Shown here piece after piece: positions 61,433 through 64,000 of a stretch of DNA of 64,000 bases (the first letter of the stretch is position 1; each line of letters opens with the position of its first letter). The position numbers were made by a program, and so were the translations under genes. Source of the DNA: Moniliella sp. 'wahieum' (lineage: Eukaryota). The notes below the pieces were generated by a model. That model worked only from the letters and a program-made list of their open reading frames with translations, was not told the DNA's origin and did not search any database. The stretch covers positions 124,001 through 188,000 of the forward strand of contig RSEE01000057.1 in NCBI GenBank assembly GCA_003971905.1. The letters run 5' to 3'.

Positions 61433-63428
61433 ATGGTACACCATGGCCTTCCCTTCCCGATCTGATGCCCCCCCCACCACCGGGGCGCCCAAGACGACAG
61501 CTTAGGCCCGCGGCCCCGGCCTCATCAAATCAAACTGCCGCCGCCTGTGCGGGGCAAGCCGCGTGTGCAAGGCATTGCCACCGCGCCCATTCTGTCCAGC
61601 CCTGGGCGGGTCCAGTCTCCGCGCACGCGTCTCGTCGATCTCAGCAAGGTGGTGGACGAAGAAGATTCCCCCCCCCTCGTCCCTCCCCTGGCCCCTCCCA
61701 CCTGGCCAATGACTACTTTTCTCTCGGCAAGGTCTCGCCCACTGTGAGCACGGGCTTGGAGCTGGGCCTCGGCCACCCTTCCAGCCAAGGCGACCTTAAG
61801 TTTTTCCGTCCCAACGCTGTGGACCCAAGCACTCTGGCCTCATTGGCCCAACATGCTGCCTCTCGCACCGCCGTCCTGCCCAGCACCCTTTTCTCCCCCC
61901 CGCCTCGCACAGAGGTACCCCGCCCTCGCCCCGACCGCGTCCGCGGTCGGAAGATATGGGCCATCTATTTGGACCTCCTCTCCGCGGACCCTACCTTGGC
62001 CCGGCCGTGCAGCCCATGGGGGCGAGTTTGGGTACACTACCGCCACATCCACGCCCACAGGCGATCCCAATCGCCGTCCCTCCTACAACAACAAGTCCCC
62101 TTCCCGCGATAGTGCGCGCAGCCCCGTCTCGGCCACCCGTTCCTCAGCGGAAAGTCTGTATGCCACTTCGTCCGGATGGTTAGATACCAAGCCTGTGCTC
62201 GGATCCTTGTTTGGTGGCGAGGCACCTTCGCACAACCAAGCTGGCTTGCCTCCCATGGGCCAGCAACTGGAACCCGATCCTGCACGCGCAAAGGTCTTCT
62301 CTTCGCTTCAAAAGCGGGTACGGGACGGTTCGCTGCCTTCCCCCGGTCGGCCCGTGAGAGTAGTAGAATACGGATCGGTGCGTGGCCGTGCGTTCCCCCT
62401 GTTGTCCCACTTGATTGGCACATTGGCCGAGGCCTTGTCCACTTCCGCCCCCGCCCGAGAGGAGGGGACCGACATGATCATCATCCATGTTGATACGGAA
62501 GGGACAGACTTTCGCGGTGTCATGGCTGCGCTTCACACCGATCCAACCTCCTACCTTTCCGAGGGGTTTTCACGTGCCTACCCTTCCGCCCATGTGTTTC
62601 CCTACTTTACCACGCATCCCTTTGGTACGCCTGTCTGTCCTCGTCAAAGCGTGGACCTTGGCATCTCATTGATGGACCTTCATTGGGCGCATCCACCACC
62701 AACGGATCCCACCGCCCCTTCCTTCCCCCTACGTCGGTCTTCCGCTTCCGCTTTCTCTGTCACCCCTCTCGCTGCCTCTGAGCATGCGGGGGAACTGAGC
62801 CGATTCCTCCTAAGTCGAGCACGGGAACTGCGACCGGGAGGGCAATTGGTGGTGGCCTACATTGCACGGGATGAGAGGGTGCCAACGGACCATTCCTCTT
62901 CTTCGCATCGATCCGACAAGGACGAAGTGTGGACGGTGCTCAACTCTTTGCTCGGACCTTCGATCCAGCGCTTGGTTTCCTGTGGAATGCTCAAGGCCGA
63001 TGTAGCGCGTGCGATGATGAGTCTACCTCTGTTCCCACGTACGCAGAAACAAAGTCTCCACGCACTCCGGGAACAGGAGGCGTTATGGCAAGTGGAATGG
63101 GCCTGTGGTCTAGGCGATCTACCTTGCCCTTCGCCCCCCGAGTCTCAGCCCCATCCATTGCGCATTCCCCATCCTGCTTGGAGCTCCTACTGCGCCGGCT
63201 ACCTCGCTCGCGACGGCTATGCCGAGCATTTGGTTCTGCTCATCAAGAACTTGTATGAAGCGCATTGGCGTGCCCTCCTTTCTGGCGGGGCCTGAGTAAG
63301 GGCGCAGTAGCCTATACTCTCGATGCGCTCTACGACGTGATCCAGAGCCGCATCGATGACATCCCCCTGAAGAATCCCTACCACGGATCGAGTTTGATGT
63401 GTGCATATACTCCCTGCGACGACGCTAG
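61433..63428 (+). CDS. SABATH/Methyltransf_7-like SAM-dependent methyltransferase domain with a long Pro/Ser-rich N-terminus
   Basis: VVEYGS..G, HVD...TDF, FG.PVCP.QSVDLGIS.MDLHW and FLLSRARELRPGGQLV motifs. Ends IEFDVCIYSLRRR*. Several frameshifts. Confidence 0.7.
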
Positions 63429-64000
63429 TCGTGCCCTCTCCGCATCATCCTGTCCTGCCCTGACCTCTCCTGTCCTTCCTTGCTTCCTTGCTTCTTTCCT
63501 TCCCCCCTCTCTCCCTCTCTCCTTCACACTCCCCCCTCTCCCTACTCAATCCGGTCCTGTTTGATGACGAAAAGAGGGAGGAAAAGTCATTGTTATATGT
63601 TCCCTTGTTGTTCCATTCTCATCGTCGTGTAAACCCTCTTCTCGCTCCTGGGGGGCTGTTATGGAATGTGGTGTGCTATCCTGTACACAGCTAAGCGTCG
63701 GGGAAGGATGGATCTCAATTTGTCCCTGGTGTGTCGGTGCGGGGTGGCCCTAGCTCGAGATAAAGACGGGGCCGGGATAGAGACTGAGCTGAACGTTGCA
63801 CTGAACGATGGTTGAGCCACAAAGACAATCAAGGTGAGCTCTCAGCCTTAGCCGCAAAGGTGAATGGTGAGCTTGGTGTAAAGCTTAAAGCTTGAAGGTA
63901 GAGGCCACTATAGTCACTACATGCGGAGCCCGCAAAACATATCGATCTTGTCGCTGCCAACGAGACTCATGTGCCAAGCGGAAGCAATCGTTCCTTGGCA

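Overview
Eukaryotic, GC-rich fungal DNA, most consistent with a basidiomycete: short GT-AG introns with CTGAC branch points, an intron-containing tRNA, and fungal-type housekeeping genes. About 20 protein genes are recognisable: GH5 glucanase, Pom33/TMEM33, Ssf1, Dal5-family MFS, rhomboid-like, FHIP/FAM160, NDUFA2, tRNA nucleotidyltransferase, Vcx1, arrestin-like, 2OG-Fe(II) oxygenase, Gcn5, Tsc10, verprolin, DPBB/loosenin-like, F-box-like, S53 peptidase, Atp14, TBP, OHCU-decarboxylase-like fusion, Rpc11 and a SABATH-like methyltransferase. There is also one tRNA-Asp(GTC). Almost every gene, including essential ones, has 1-bp frameshifts, which points to uncorrected long-read indels, so many gene ends are approximate. 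Most notable: (1) intergenic DNA follows a 7-bp-register pattern of many different A-NNNN-T palindromes; (2) three copies of the 3' part (zinc knuckle plus restriction-like endonuclease) of a CRE/Cnl1/MoTeR-like non-LTR element, two of them head-to-head; (3) a tRNA nucleotidyltransferase lacking the flexible loop, a candidate CC-only enzyme; (4) an apparently inactive OHCU decarboxylase domain fused to a Gyp2-like tail; (5) a PCAF_N-like Cys/His module on Gcn5. All family assignments are by-eye motif recognition; no searches were run.
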